Below, one piece after another: positions 40,736 to 51,270 of a DNA stretch of 64,000 bases. The stretch covers positions 1,211,159 through 1,275,158 of the forward strand of contig OZ238992.1 of NCBI GenBank assembly GCA_965183885.1, written 5' to 3'. The translations under genes were made by a program, and so were the position numbers. Positions within the stretch are counted from its first letter, which is position 1. Every line of letters begins with the position of its first letter. Source of the stretch: Flavobacteriales bacterium (GTDB taxonomy: Bacteria > Bacteroidota > Bacteroidia > Flavobacteriales > BACL11). The notes beneath the pieces are model-generated. The model worked only from the letters and a program-made list of their open reading frames with translations. It was not told the DNA's origin and made no database searches.

Positions 40736-43342
40736 ATGCAAATGAAAGCTAATACGCTTAGACAGTTATACTTAGATTTTTTAAAATCGAAACAACATAA
40801 AATAGTTGCTTCAGCTCCTATGGTTGTAAAAAATGACCCTACTTTAATGTTTACAAATGCAGGGATGAATCAATTTAAGGATATTTTTTTAGGAGATTCT
40901 GAGCCTAAAGATTTACGTCTTGCAAATTCACAAAAATGTTTGCGTGTTTCTGGTAAACATAATGATTTGGAAGAAGTAGGACATGATACTTACCATCACA
41001 CAATGTTTGAAATGCTAGGGTCATGGAGTTTTGGAGATTATTTTAAAGAAGAAGCAATTGATTGGGCTTGGGAATTCCTAACTCAAGAATGTAAACTGGA
41101 TAAAGATAGGTTATATGTAACTGTATTTGAAGGCGATACTACAGATAAGCTTGAAAAAGATAATGAAGCTTATTCTTTTTGGGCAAAGTATTTGCCTGCA
41201 GATAGAATTTTAAATGGGAATAAGAAGGATAATTTCTGGGAAATGGGAGAAACAGGACCTTGCGGACCTTGTTCAGAAATTCATTTTGATAATAGAGTAG
41301 TTGCTGAGAGAGCAGAAGTTGATGGAACTACTTTAGTAAATGAAGATCATCCACAGGTGATTGAGATTTGGAACTTAGTTTTTATGCAGTATAATAGGTT
41401 TGCTGATGGAAGTCTTAAAGCATTGCCTAGTAAACATGTTGATACAGGAATGGGCTTTGAGCGTTTAGCAATGATTATGCAAGGGGTACAATCTAACTAT
41501 GATACTGATATTTTTCAGCCTATGATACAGGTAATTGCTAAGAAAGCAGGTCTTACTTATGGTAAAGATGAGAAACAGGATATTGCTATGCGTGTAATTG
41601 CAGATCATGTTAGAGCAATAGCTTTCTCTATTGCAGATGGGCAATTGCCTTCAAATGTAAAAGCAGGTTATGTTATCAGAAGAATTTTAAGAAGGGCAGT
41701 GCGCTATGCTTATACTTTCTTAAATTTAAAAACAGCTTTTATGTATAAGTTAGTTGAAGTATTGGCTGAGCAAATGCAAGAGCAGTTTACTGAGCTTTCA
41801 GCACAGAAGGAATTAATACAGAAAGTGGTAAAAGAAGAAGAAGAGTCTTTCTTAAGAACTCTAGCTGATGGTTTAAAAAGAATTAACCAAATGATTCTTA
41901 CTTCAAAAGGAAGTATATCAGGAAAGGAGGTGTTTGAATTATATGACACCTATGGTTTTCCGGCGGATTTAACAGCTTTAATTTTAAGCGAACAAAACTT
42001 AAGTTTTAATCAAGATGATTTTGATGCAGCAATGCAAGAGCAAAAAGACAGATCGAAACAAGCAGGAAAAGTAGAAAAAGGAGATTGGGAAGTATTATTA
42101 TCAGATGTAGAAGAAACATTTTTAGGACATAATACTTTAGCAACAGAATTAAGAATTAGTAGGTATAGAAAAGTAAAAACTAAAGATGGAGAGCAGTTTC
42201 AATTGGTATTTGATAATACTCCATTTTATGCCGAAGGAGGAGGGCAAGTAGGAGATACAGGTAGTATTACAAATGCTGATGAGCAAATAACAATTCTTGA
42301 TACAAAGAAAGAGAATAAGCTTATTGTTCATTTTGCAAATGAGCTTCCTAAAAATTTAGATGCAACTTTTTCAGCACAAGTAAATGTTGCTGATAGGTTA
42401 GCTTCTGCACGTAATCATACGGCTACACATCTATTGCATGAGGCTTTAAGAACGGTATTGGGAGAGCATGTTTCTCAGAAAGGCTCATTAGTTAACCCTA
42501 GTTATTTGCGTTTTGATTTCACTCATTTTTCTAAGATTACTGCTGAGGAGTTAAAACAAATTGAAACAATAGTAAATACTAAGATACTAGCAAATATTAG
42601 CTTAAAAGAATATGTTGATTTGCCTTTAGCTGAGGCAGAAAGTATGGGTGCTATTATGTTATTTGGAGAGAAGTATGAGGAGCTAGTGCGTATGATTGCA
42701 TTTGAAAGTTCAAAAGAGCTTTGTGGAGGTAGTCATGTTGGTGCAACAGGTGAAATAGGCTTGTTTAAGATTTTATCAGAAGGTTCTATTTCTTCGGGGA
42801 TAAGAAGGGTAGAGGCTACAACAGGAATTAATGCCTTAAATTACTTAAATGAAAAAGAAGATTTAGTAGCAGCTATAGGAGAGATTGTAAAAAATAAAGA
42901 CCTTAAGAAAGGAGTGGCTCAGTTAGTGGCAAATAATAAACAATTAGAAAAACAAATTACAACACTTAAGAAAGCAAATGCAGGAAATGTAAAAGATGAT
43001 TTGTTAAAGTCAGCAATTGATAATAATGGAGTGCGTTTTATTGCTCAGGAAGTAGATATGGATGCTGAGGATATGAAAAATCTTTCTTTTGCACTTCGTA
43101 AAGAAACAAACTTAGTATTAGTTTTAGCTGCTAAGAATGATGCTAAGGCTTTATTAACAGTAATGCTTACTGATGATATAGTTGAGAAAGGTTTAAATGC
43201 AGGAGCAATGATTAGAGAAATTGCTAAAGAGATACAAGGAGGTGGAGGTGGACAAGCTTTCTTTGCTACGGCTGGTGGCGCTAAGCCTGAAGGTATAAAA
43301 AATGCCTTGGATAAGGCATCGCAATTAGTTAGTGAATTATAA
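40736..43342 (+). CDS. alaS: alanine--tRNA ligase
   Basis: 868 aa. Motifs FTNAGMNQFK, GPCGPCSEIH, HTATHLLH and a C-terminal DHHA1-like region. Confidence 0.97.
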   Translation: MQMKANTLRQLYLDFLKSKQHKIVASAPMVVKNDPTLMFTNAGMNQFKDIFLGDSEPKDLRLANSQKCLRVSGKHNDLEEVGHDTYHHTMFEMLGSWSFGDYFKEEAIDWAWEFLTQECKLDKDRLYVTVFEGDTTDKLEKDNEAYSFWAKYLPADRILNGNKKDNFWEMGETGPCGPCSEIHFDNRVVAERAEVDGTTLVNEDHPQVIEIWNLVFMQYNRFADGSLKALPSKHVDTGMGFERLAMIMQGVQSNYDTDIFQPMIQVIAKKAGLTYGKDEKQDIAMRVIADHVRAIAFSIADGQLPSNVKAGYVIRRILRRAVRYAYTFLNLKTAFMYKLVEVLAEQMQEQFTELSAQKELIQKVVKEEEESFLRTLADGLKRINQMILTSKGSISGKEVFELYDTYGFPADLTALILSEQNLSFNQDDFDAAMQEQKDRSKQAGKVEKGDWEVLLSDVEETFLGHNTLATELRISRYRKVKTKDGEQFQLVFDNTPFYAEGGGQVGDTGSITNADEQITILDTKKENKLIVHFANELPKNLDATFSAQVNVADRLASARNHTATHLLHEALRTVLGEHVSQKGSLVNPSYLRFDFTHFSKITAEELKQIETIVNTKILANISLKEYVDLPLAEAESMGAIMLFGEKYEELVRMIAFESSKELCGGSHVGATGEIGLFKILSEGSISSGIRRVEATTGINALNYLNEKEDLVAAIGEIVKNKDLKKGVAQLVANNKQLEKQITTLKKANAGNVKDDLLKSAIDNNGVRFIAQEVDMDAEDMKNLSFALRKETNLVLVLAAKNDAKALLTVMLTDDIVEKGLNAGAMIREIAKEIQGGGGGQAFFATAGGAKPEGIKNALDKASQLVSEL

Positions 43343-43359
43343 GTTTTAAATTATTAGCA

Positions 43360-43394
43360 TAAAAAAAAGGACTGCATTTGCAGTCCTTTTTTTA
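43360..43394. terminator. bidirectional terminator between the convergent alaS and porin genes
   Basis: Stem GGACTGC/GCAGTCC (43369..43386) with loop ATTT, an A run upstream and a T run downstream. Confidence 0.75.
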
Positions 43395-43413
43395 TTTGTT
43401 TTATGCTAGGTAA

Positions 43414-44496
43414 TTATGGTCTTACCGATAAAGTTAACCAAGTGTACTTAACAGCATCAGCATCACCTTCAGTGTCAGTTGCATATCTTAATCCTACAGT
43501 TGCATTGTCACTAATAGTGTATCCTAATGAGATGTCCATTACATTTCTTTTGTAGTCAGCATTTTCAGAGTTAGAAACCATGTGGTATCCTAATCCTAAG
43601 TTAAGACTGTTGTAAGCATAAGCAACATCAACAGCGATATCTTGGTCACTAGCTCCTAAGTAACCCATGTTACCGTTAGCCCAACCACCACTCATATTAG
43701 TTCCTGCCATGTTAAATCCGTTTTCACCGTATTTAGCAAAGCTTACACCAGCAGATAAGTCATCCATTACTTGGTAAGTTGCACCAATATTCATCATATC
43801 TTGGTCAACATACTCTCCTGCAGCATCCATTACATATCCAGAGTTCATGTTGTAAGAAACAGCTAAGTTTAAAGCTCCATCCATTAATCCATATCCAAGG
43901 TCAAGACCCATAGCTGAAGTTGCTTCATTCTCTGTTCCAGCATCAGTAGATGATCCCATCATGTATAATAAGTTGATGTTTAAACCTGAAATCTCTTTGT
44001 CAGCATTTACATAAATATTAGTTCCACTAGTTACTGTACTGTCAGGTGCTCCATTATTTGCAGAAGCATAACCTACAGTTAATCCTAAGAAATCATTGTT
44101 AATTCCAAACTTAAGACCATCCCAAGTAGTTCTGTTAGCTGCCCATTGGTTGCTAGACATTAAAGCTCCTGATCCGTAATCTAAAGCCATACGTCCAGCA
44201 GTTAAGTTAACATAACCCATTAATAGGTTATTAGCAGAAGCATAAGCTTCGTATACGCTTAGAGATGCTTCAGAACCAGTTTTTAGCATGTAGTTAACAT
44301 CAGTACTTCCATGAATACCCCAGTCATCACCTCCCCAAGTAGCACCTAAAGTAGCTCTCTGGTAAGTAAGCATTCTGCTTTCATCTCCACCCATATCAAT
44401 TCTTGTTCTTGAATCAACATTCCAGTCTTGTGCAGAAGCAACAGTTGTCATTAGCCCTAAACTAAGTGCTAATATGTTTCGTAAATTTTTTTTCAT
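43414..44496 (-). CDS. putative outer-membrane porin (beta-barrel)
   Basis: Signal peptide ending ASAQ. Composition is Gly/Asn/Asp/Tyr-rich with an alternating pattern, and there are no Cys. Confidence 0.5.
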   Translation of the reverse strand: MKKNLRNILALSLGLMTTVASAQDWNVDSRTRIDMGGDESRMLTYQRATLGATWGGDDWGIHGSTDVNYMLKTGSEASLSVYEAYASANNLLMGYVNLTAGRMALDYGSGALMSSNQWAANRTTWDGLKFGINNDFLGLTVGYASANNGAPDSTVTSGTNIYVNADKEISGLNINLLYMMGSSTDAGTENEATSAMGLDLGYGLMDGALNLAVSYNMNSGYVMDAAGEYVDQDMMNIGATYQVMDDLSAGVSFAKYGENGFNMAGTNMSGGWANGNMGYLGASDQDIAVDVAYAYNSLNLGLGYHMVSNSENADYKRNVMDISLGYTISDNATVGLRYATDTEGDADAVKYTWLTLSVRP

Positions 44497-44720
44497 TGTA
44501 TATTTTTTTTGGTTAATACAAGGGCAAAGATATAAGACTAAATGAGATAGAGCCTGTTAAAACATCTACCTTATGAACAATCGTATGTTTGTATATATGT
44601 TAATTGTCTGAAAATCAGACAGCTCAGATGTTAACTGTTTTTGGGTTAAATACAGCTAAATTTTTATCTTTATTTAAGATAATGATAAAAAAAGAGTATA
44701 CTTAGTTAATGCAAGGTTGG

Positions 44721-45986
44721 TTAACCTTTATAATTAAGCCATTTCCAGAGCTCTTTATAAGTTGTTTTTTTACCATACATTAATATTCCTGTTCGGTATA
44801 TTTTTCCAGCAAACCAAGTACTGGTTATAAATGACCCAATTAAAATAAGTATAGAAAGGGCAAGTTCCCAAGTAGGAACCCCAAAAGGCAGGCGCACCAT
44901 CATTATTATTGGAGATGTAAAAGGAATTATACTCATCCAGAAAGCTAAAGAGCCTTCAGGATTTTCCATTATTGGTTGTATTAAAACAAAGGAGAGAATT
45001 AAGGGGATAGTTATTGGTAATAGGAATTGCTGGGTGTCAGCTTCTGCATCTACAGCCGATCCTATTGCAGCAAATAAAGAACTATACATTAAATAACCTC
45101 CTAGGAAGTAAAATATGAAAGAAAGTAGAATTTGTAAAATATTAATACCTCCAATTAACTTGTTTATTTCAAGGAGTATTTGAGACTGTTGCTCAGGATT
45201 AATCTCAGAAGCAATACTTATAGGGTCCATTAAAATAAACTCAGCAATAGTAGCAATTACAAAAGTAAGTAGTATCCAAAGTATGAATTGAGTAAGCCCA
45301 ACTAAAGCAATACCCAATATTTTACCCATCATTAATTGAAATGGTTTTACAGAAGAAATAATTACTTCTACAATTCTGTTTGTTTTTTCTTCAATTACAC
45401 CACGCATTACCATAGTCCCGTACATGAAAATAAAGATATAAATAAGCATTCCACTTATAAACCCAATCCCCATGCTTGCTTCAGCTTTAGAATTACTGGT
45501 ATTTCCATCATCACCAATTATTTTAGTTTCTATTGCAACTGTAGTTTTTGCATCTTCAAGTAATTGTAAGTTTATTCCCAGCTCACTTAACTTTTGATGT
45601 TCAATAATCTTCTCTATTTGTTGTTCTATTGCATTGCTAACACTTAAGCTAATTTGTTGGCTAGAGTACAGCGTGAAATCATTGTCTTCAATTTGCAGAA
45701 GAGCATAATAAGAGCTCTTATTAAAATCTTCTTTTAAGAGTTCTGCTTCATTATGAGTAATGCTATTAAAATGTAAATAGTCAGTGTCTTGTAGTTTATT
45801 TTTAAAGTCGCTATTACTTTCAGTTACAGCAATAGTTCTTAATTCTTGGCTCTCATTTGCTAAGTAAGTAGGGACTATCATTAAAGCAGCCATAAGTAAA
45901 GGTCCTAAAATTGTCATTACAATAAAGGACTTCTTGCGTACTCTTACCAGGTATTCCCTCTTTATGATGAGCCAAATTTTATCCAT
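44721..45986 (-). CDS. ABC-2 type transporter permease (NatB-like)
   Basis: 421 aa with an N-terminal TM segment, a large extracytoplasmic loop and 5 C-terminal TM segments. It overlaps the upstream ATPase gene by 8 nt. Confidence 0.8.
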   Translation of the reverse strand: MDKIWLIIKREYLVRVRKKSFIVMTILGPLLMAALMIVPTYLANESQELRTIAVTESNSDFKNKLQDTDYLHFNSITHNEAELLKEDFNKSSYYALLQIEDNDFTLYSSQQISLSVSNAIEQQIEKIIEHQKLSELGINLQLLEDAKTTVAIETKIIGDDGNTSNSKAEASMGIGFISGMLIYIFIFMYGTMVMRGVIEEKTNRIVEVIISSVKPFQLMMGKILGIALVGLTQFILWILLTFVIATIAEFILMDPISIASEINPEQQSQILLEINKLIGGINILQILLSFIFYFLGGYLMYSSLFAAIGSAVDAEADTQQFLLPITIPLILSFVLIQPIMENPEGSLAFWMSIIPFTSPIIMMVRLPFGVPTWELALSILILIGSFITSTWFAGKIYRTGILMYGKKTTYKELWKWLNYKG

Positions 45987-46884
45987 TTTGTACTGCTTTT
46001 ATAAAGATATCTTCCATACTAGGTATTTCCTTTTGAAAGGAGATAAGCTCAGTATTTTCCATAATATATTGTAGGGCCTCTTTTTGACTTTTATTTTCTT
46101 TCAATAGTATATGATAGCTATTAATAGCTTGCTTTAGGATTGAGAAATAAGGATTTTCGTTAAGTGTTCCTGTTTCAAGCGTAACTTTAAAAGTATTATT
46201 GGTAAATTGTTTTTTAACCTCTTCAATAGGGCCTTCTAAAATAGTTTGTGATTTATTAATAAGAGCAATGTAATCACAGATTTCCTCAACAGATTCCATT
46301 CTATGTGTAGAGAAGATAATACTAGTTCCTTTCTTACTAAGAGCAACAATTTCTTTACGAATAATAGCAGCATTTATAGGATCAAAACCACTAAAGGGCT
46401 CATCGAAAATTAGCAGCTTTGGTTCATGTATTACCGTAACTACAAATTGAATTTTTTGAGCCATACCCTTGCTAAGCTCTTCTACCTTTTTATGCCACCA
46501 ATCTAAGATGTCAAGTTTAGTGAACCAGTATTTTAGTTTTTCTAGGGCCTCTATATAGCTCATACCTTTAAGTTGCGCTAAATAAAGAGCCTGTTCACCT
46601 ACTTTCATTTTTTTATACAAGCCTCTTTCTTCAGGAAGGTAGCCAATTTCAGCAATATGCTTCTTTTGTAAAGTTTCACCATTAAAGATAAGGCTACCAC
46701 TATCAGGAGCAGTAATCTGATTAATGATGCGCATTAGGGTAGTTTTTCCTGCTCCATTAGGACCTAACAGTCCGTAAATACTTCCTTTAGGTACAGCTAT
46801 GTTTACCTTATTTAAAGCAAGATGATTTCCATATTGTTTAATTACATCTTTTGCTATGAAAATTGAATCTTGCATTTTATCCAA
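45979..46884 (-). CDS. ABC transporter ATP-binding protein (NatA-like)
   Basis: Walker [10 protein letters not shown], signature LSKGMAQK, Walker B LLIFDEP. Confidence 0.9.
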   Translation of the reverse strand: MDKMQDSIFIAKDVIKQYGNHLALNKVNIAVPKGSIYGLLGPNGAGKTTLMRIINQITAPDSGSLIFNGETLQKKHIAEIGYLPEERGLYKKMKVGEQALYLAQLKGMSYIEALEKLKYWFTKLDILDWWHKKVEELSKGMAQKIQFVVTVIHEPKLLIFDEPFSGFDPINAAIIRKEIVALSKKGTSIIFSTHRMESVEEICDYIALINKSQTILEGPIEEVKKQFTNNTFKVTLETGTLNENPYFSILKQAINSYHILLKENKSQKEALQYIMENTELISFQKEIPSMEDIFIKAVQNG

Positions 46885-47998
46885 ACATTTCTTTTACTCT
46901 ATCAAAAAAGGATTTGTCCTGTTTTCCAGGGTTAGGGGTAAAGGTGTCTGATTTTCTGCAATTCTCAAAGAACTTTTTTTCTTCTTTTGCTAAGTTTTGC
47001 GGAGTCCATACGTTAATATGTATCAATAAGTCTCCTTTTCCATATCCATTTACTGAAGGTAATCCTTTCCCTTTTAAACGTAATATTTTTCCAGACTGTA
47101 TACCTTCTTCTAGTTTTATTTTTACTTTACCTGTTACGGTAGGAATCTCAGTAGTTGTACCTAGAGCTGCATCAGCAAAACTAATGTAGTGGTCAAAATG
47201 TAAATTTTTCCCATCTCTAATTAGTTTTTCATGCTCTTCTACTTGTATAAGTACAATTAAATCCCCATTAATTCCATCGAATGGAGCAGCATTACCTTTT
47301 CCACTAACTTTTAATTGCATTCCATCTTCAACTCCTGGAGGAATAGTGATTTTTACAGTTTCTTCTTCTTTAAGCATACCATTAGCATCAGTTCCTGCTG
47401 GACGCTTATCTATACTTTTTCCATTACCATTACAGCTTGGGCAAGGACTTGAAGTTTGCATTTGTCCTAAAATAGTATTACTAATTCTGGTAACTTGTCC
47501 TGTTCCATGGCAGGTGTTACAACTTGTATAAGTAACGCCATCAGCATTTACTAATCGGCTTACTTTTATTTTTTTATCAACTCCCTCAGCTACTTCTTTT
47601 AGGTTTAAAGTTAGCCTGATTCTTAGGTTAGTTCCTTTTACAACTCTTCGGCCTCTGCCACCACCGCCAAAGCCACCAAAACCACCACCGCCACCACCAA
47701 AGATGTCGCCAAATTGACTGAATATATCATCCATATTCATTCCTCCGCCACCAAAACCACCACCTGCTGCTCCACCCATTCCTGCGTGTCCATACTGGTC
47801 GTATCTTTGTTTTTTCTCTGCAGAACTTAAGACTTCATATGCTTCAGCAGCTTCTTTAAATTTATCTTCAGCAGCCTTGTTGTCAGGGTTCTTGTCAGGA
47901 TGATATTTTACCGCAAGTTTACGGTAAGCTTTTTTTATTTCTTTAGCGTCAGCACTTTTACTGACTCCTAATACTTCGTAATAATCTCTTTTTGACAT
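46877..47998 (-). CDS. dnaJ: molecular chaperone DnaJ
   Basis: J domain with HPDKN, a G/F-rich region, and CxxCxGxG zinc-finger repeats. Confidence 0.95.
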   Translation of the reverse strand: MSKRDYYEVLGVSKSADAKEIKKAYRKLAVKYHPDKNPDNKAAEDKFKEAAEAYEVLSSAEKKQRYDQYGHAGMGGAAGGGFGGGGMNMDDIFSQFGDIFGGGGGGFGGFGGGGRGRRVVKGTNLRIRLTLNLKEVAEGVDKKIKVSRLVNADGVTYTSCNTCHGTGQVTRISNTILGQMQTSSPCPSCNGNGKSIDKRPAGTDANGMLKEEETVKITIPPGVEDGMQLKVSGKGNAAPFDGINGDLIVLIQVEEHEKLIRDGKNLHFDHYISFADAALGTTTEIPTVTGKVKIKLEEGIQSGKILRLKGKGLPSVNGYGKGDLLIHINVWTPQNLAKEEKKFFENCRKSDTFTPNPGKQDKSFFDRVKEMFG

Positions 47999-48006
47999 AT
48001 CTATTA

Positions 48007-48558
48007 TTAATTTCCTACAACTACTTTAGCATAGCGCAATACTTTGCTTCCAAGTAAATACCCTTTTTCAATTACATCAATTATTTTTCCTTTTTGAGCA
48101 TCAGTAGGAGCAGGAATATTTGTTATTGCCTCATGAAAATCAGTATCTAATACAGAATTGATTGGGTCTTCCATTTCTTTTAGACCTTTCTTTTCTAATT
48201 CTGATTTCAGTTGATTGTAGATAAGAACAGGACCATCTTCACTAGTGTAATTATTGGCTTTTATTGAACGTTCAAAATTATCCAAAATTGGCAGTAAAAT
48301 GGTCATTATGTCTTTGTTGGCAGTAGTGAAAAGCTCAATCCTTTCTTTGGCATTTCTTTTTCTGAAGTTCTCAAATTCAGCAAAAAGACGTAAGTTTTTA
48401 TCTTTTTCAGCTGCTAGTAGTTCTTCAGTAGTAGGTTCTGGTTTTACTTCCTCCTCTTTTGTTTCCTCGATTGGATTTGTTTCTTCAGTAGCATCTTTTA
48501 CCTTGTTGTCAATTACATCTTCAGTAATTGTTTGTTGTTCTTGTTTCTTTTTACTCAT
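48007..48558 (-). CDS. grpE: nucleotide exchange factor GrpE
   Basis: 183 aa. [12 protein letters not shown] and a C-terminal beta domain. Located directly upstream of dnaJ. Confidence 0.95.
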   Translation of the reverse strand: MSKKKQEQQTITEDVIDNKVKDATEETNPIEETKEEEVKPEPTTEELLAAEKDKNLRLFAEFENFRKRNAKERIELFTTANKDIMTILLPILDNFERSIKANNYTSEDGPVLIYNQLKSELEKKGLKEMEDPINSVLDTDFHEAITNIPAPTDAQKGKIIDVIEKGYLLGSKVLRYAKVVVGN

Positions 48559-48633
48559 TGTATATTTGTTTTACACTTACTTATATGTAGTGCAAGTATT
48601 TTGCCATAAGGGTAAAATGGACAATTTGTCAGT

Positions 48634-49146
48634 TTATTTTTTTTGATCGTTTAAAAATCGGTGGAGTGCAGCTCCTTTAAGATTATAAGCAATAATAATT
48701 CCTTCGCCATTAATAAGCACATTACTGGGTATAGATTTAATCTCATATTTAGTAGATCCTTCCGATTTCCAGCCTCCTAAGTCTGACACATGATATTCCC
48801 AGAATAACTGATCGTTATTAATAGCCTTTACCCATGCTCCTTTGTTTTCATCTAGTGATAAACTAAAGATTTCAAATCCTTTTCCATTTTTAAATTTTGT
48901 ATTATGAAATTTTCTAAATGCATCTACAATATTTGGGTTCTCTCTTCGACATGGTCCACACCAAGAAGCCCAGAAATCAATAAGTACTAACTTCCCTCTT
49001 AACTCAGATAGTTTCATTTTTTTACCTTCAGGGTTTTCATAAACTAGCTCGGGAGCAATATCTCCAATTTTTAAGCCAATTTCTTGTGAAAAAGAGAATG
49101 AGGTAAATAGACAAATAAAAAGGGTGGTTAACAGTGATTTTTTCAT
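48634..49146 (-). CDS. TlpA-family thiol-disulfide oxidoreductase
   Basis: Signal peptide, and FWASWCGPCRRE (WCxxC thioredoxin motif). Confidence 0.85.
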   Translation of the reverse strand: MKKSLLTTLFICLFTSFSFSQEIGLKIGDIAPELVYENPEGKKMKLSELRGKLVLIDFWASWCGPCRRENPNIVDAFRKFHNTKFKNGKGFEIFSLSLDENKGAWVKAINNDQLFWEYHVSDLGGWKSEGSTKYEIKSIPSNVLINGEGIIIAYNLKGAALHRFLNDQKK

Positions 49147-49147
49147 A

Positions 49148-50452
49148 TTAGTTTATTCTAGTAATCTGTGCTCCAATAGCATTTAACCTTGTGTCAATAT
49201 TTTGATATCCTCTATCAATTTGTTCCACGTTATGTATTGTGCTTTCTCCATCAGCTGCTAAAGCTGCTAAAAGTAGAGAAACCCCTGCTCTAATATCTGG
49301 AGAGGTCATTGTTGTTGCTTTAAATTGCATGTGGTCTTGCCCAATTACTGTTGCTCTGTGTGGGTCACATAGAATAATTTGAGCTCCCATATCAATAAGT
49401 TTATCTACAAAGAACAAACGAGATTCAAACATCTTTTGGTGTATAAGTACACTTCCTTTTGCTTGTGAAGCAACTACTAAAATAATACTTAATAAATCAG
49501 GAGTAAATCCTGGCCATGGTGCATCTGATATTGTTAAAATTGATCCGTCAATAAAAGACTGTATTTCGTAACTTTCTTGTGAAGGAATATAAATGTCATC
49601 TCCTCGGCGTTCCATTTTAATTCCTAGTTTAGCAAAGACTGAAGGGATTAAACCTAGCTCATCATAACATACATTTTTGATGGTGATTTCGGATTTTGTA
49701 ATTGCAGCTAGTCCAATAAAAGAGCCTATTTCAATCATATCAGGTAATATTCTATGAGTACAAGCTCCTAAATATTCTACTCCTTCAATATGTAATAAGT
49801 TTGAGCCAACACCTGTAATTTTTGCGCCCATGCTATTAAGCATCTTGCAAAGTTGCTGTAGGTAAGGTTCACAAGCAGCATTATAAATAGAAGTCTTTCC
49901 TTTTGCCATTACAGCAGTCATAATAATATTTGCAGTACCAGTAACTGAAGCTTCATCTAGTAGCATATCAGTCCCTTTTAGCTGCTCGGCAGTAACACGA
50001 TAAAACTCTTCTTTGCTATCATATACAAAATCAGCTCCAAGCCTCTCAAAACCAATAAAGTGAGTGTCTAATCTTCTTCTTCCAATTTTATCCCCTCCTG
50101 GTCTTGGAATATATCCTTTTCCATAGCGTGCTAATAGCGGTCCAACTATCATTATTGAACCTCTTATTCTACTACTTTTTGCTTTATAATCTTCTGAAGA
50201 AAGGTAGTCGATATCAACATTAACAGCAGTAAAACTATAAGTAGATTCATCAATTTGTTTTACTTGTACATTTAGGTCGCGTAAAAGATCAATAAGAATA
50301 TTTACATCACGGATATTGGGTACATTTTCCATTATTACCTCTTCAGGGGTAAGCAATACAGCACATAATACTTGTAGGGCTTCATTTTTAGCGCCTTGTG
50401 GGTGTAAATCTCCCTTTAACTTTATTCCTCCTTTAACTTTAAATGTAGCCAT
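49148..50452 (-). CDS. murA: UDP-N-acetylglucosamine 1-carboxyvinyltransferase
   Basis: 434 aa. KGGIKLKG..GAKNEALQ, PGGDKIGRRRLDTH and the overall EPSP-synthase-fold pattern. Confidence 0.95.
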   Translation of the reverse strand: MATFKVKGGIKLKGDLHPQGAKNEALQVLCAVLLTPEEVIMENVPNIRDVNILIDLLRDLNVQVKQIDESTYSFTAVNVDIDYLSSEDYKAKSSRIRGSIMIVGPLLARYGKGYIPRPGGDKIGRRRLDTHFIGFERLGADFVYDSKEEFYRVTAEQLKGTDMLLDEASVTGTANIIMTAVMAKGKTSIYNAACEPYLQQLCKMLNSMGAKITGVGSNLLHIEGVEYLGACTHRILPDMIEIGSFIGLAAITKSEITIKNVCYDELGLIPSVFAKLGIKMERRGDDIYIPSQESYEIQSFIDGSILTISDAPWPGFTPDLLSIILVVASQAKGSVLIHQKMFESRLFFVDKLIDMGAQIILCDPHRATVIGQDHMQFKATTMTSPDIRAGVSLLLAALAADGESTIHNVEQIDRGYQNIDTRLNAIGAQITRIN

Positions 50453-51076
50453 TTATCTAGGTTTTTTATAGTTTTTCTTGTAGTTCTTTTTCTTAGTATT
50501 TGTTGGTTTGTTGCTGTTTTTACCTCCTTGTCTAACTGATGCTGATCTGATAAATTCAAAATCATCAGCAAGGCTTAGTTGATTGTTAGATAACTGTTTA
50601 AGGTGCAGCTTTATTATGTTGTTATCAACAGAACTTTCATTAAAAAGGATATATGATTTTTTCATTTGGTTAGCAATCATCCCAGTCATTATTTCTCTTT
50701 CGCTACCTTCCATTTTAAGAGCTGTAGCAATCATGTTAGGGATAGTATTTCCGTAATATGAGAAACGAATTTTATTTTTAGGATAAGTCATAGGTTCAGG
50801 CTTTTCCTCAAGCTTAGCAATTTCTGGTTTTGGGTATGGTGATTTAATATCTAAGCTAAAATCAGACATAATATGTAAATGATCCCAGAGCTTGTGTGTA
50901 AACTCCTTTACATCTCTTAAGTGAGGATTCATTTGTCCCATAAAAGCAATAATAGCATCAACACATCTTTGCTGTTCTTCTTTGTCTTCTATTGTTGTTG
51001 CATGGGCAATCATCTTTTGTACATGTCTTCCGTACTCAGGTATTATAAGATGATCTCTTTCTGTATTATATTCCAT
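50453..51076 (-). CDS. DUF4290-like protein
   Basis: IIPEYGRHVQKMI and NPHLRD motifs. Its position immediately upstream of murA is typical in Bacteroidota. Family recall only. Confidence 0.6.
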   Translation of the reverse strand: MEYNTERDHLIIPEYGRHVQKMIAHATTIEDKEEQQRCVDAIIAFMGQMNPHLRDVKEFTHKLWDHLHIMSDFSLDIKSPYPKPEIAKLEEKPEPMTYPKNKIRFSYYGNTIPNMIATALKMEGSEREIMTGMIANQMKKSYILFNESSVDNNIIKLHLKQLSNNQLSLADDFEFIRSASVRQGGKNSNKPTNTKKKNYKKNYKKPR

Positions 51077-51214
51077 AAAAATTGTTTGCTTACAAAAGTA
51101 GTAAATTAGATGTTAGATATAAGTATTTGAACATTAGATTTTAGAATATTAATGGAACAGGATAAGCTATTTGCTATATGTTCTTTATAAAAGCTACTAC
51201 AAAAAATGAGTTTA

Positions 51215-51250
51215 ATAAAAAAAGCCTACCAATTTGGTAGGCTTTTTTTA
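51215..51250. terminator. bidirectional terminator downstream of the TonB-dependent receptor
   Basis: Stem AGCCTACC/GGTAGGCT (51223..51243) with loop AATTT, flanked by A and T runs. Confidence 0.75.
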
Positions 51251-51270
51251 ATGCTTATAGCAGCTTATTA

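Noticed and set aside
47640-47790. Runs of CCACC/GCCACC repeats that look like a simple-sequence repeat
   Set aside because: This is the reverse complement of the Gly/Phe-rich linker of DnaJ (GGFGGGG...), which is an expected coding low-complexity region.
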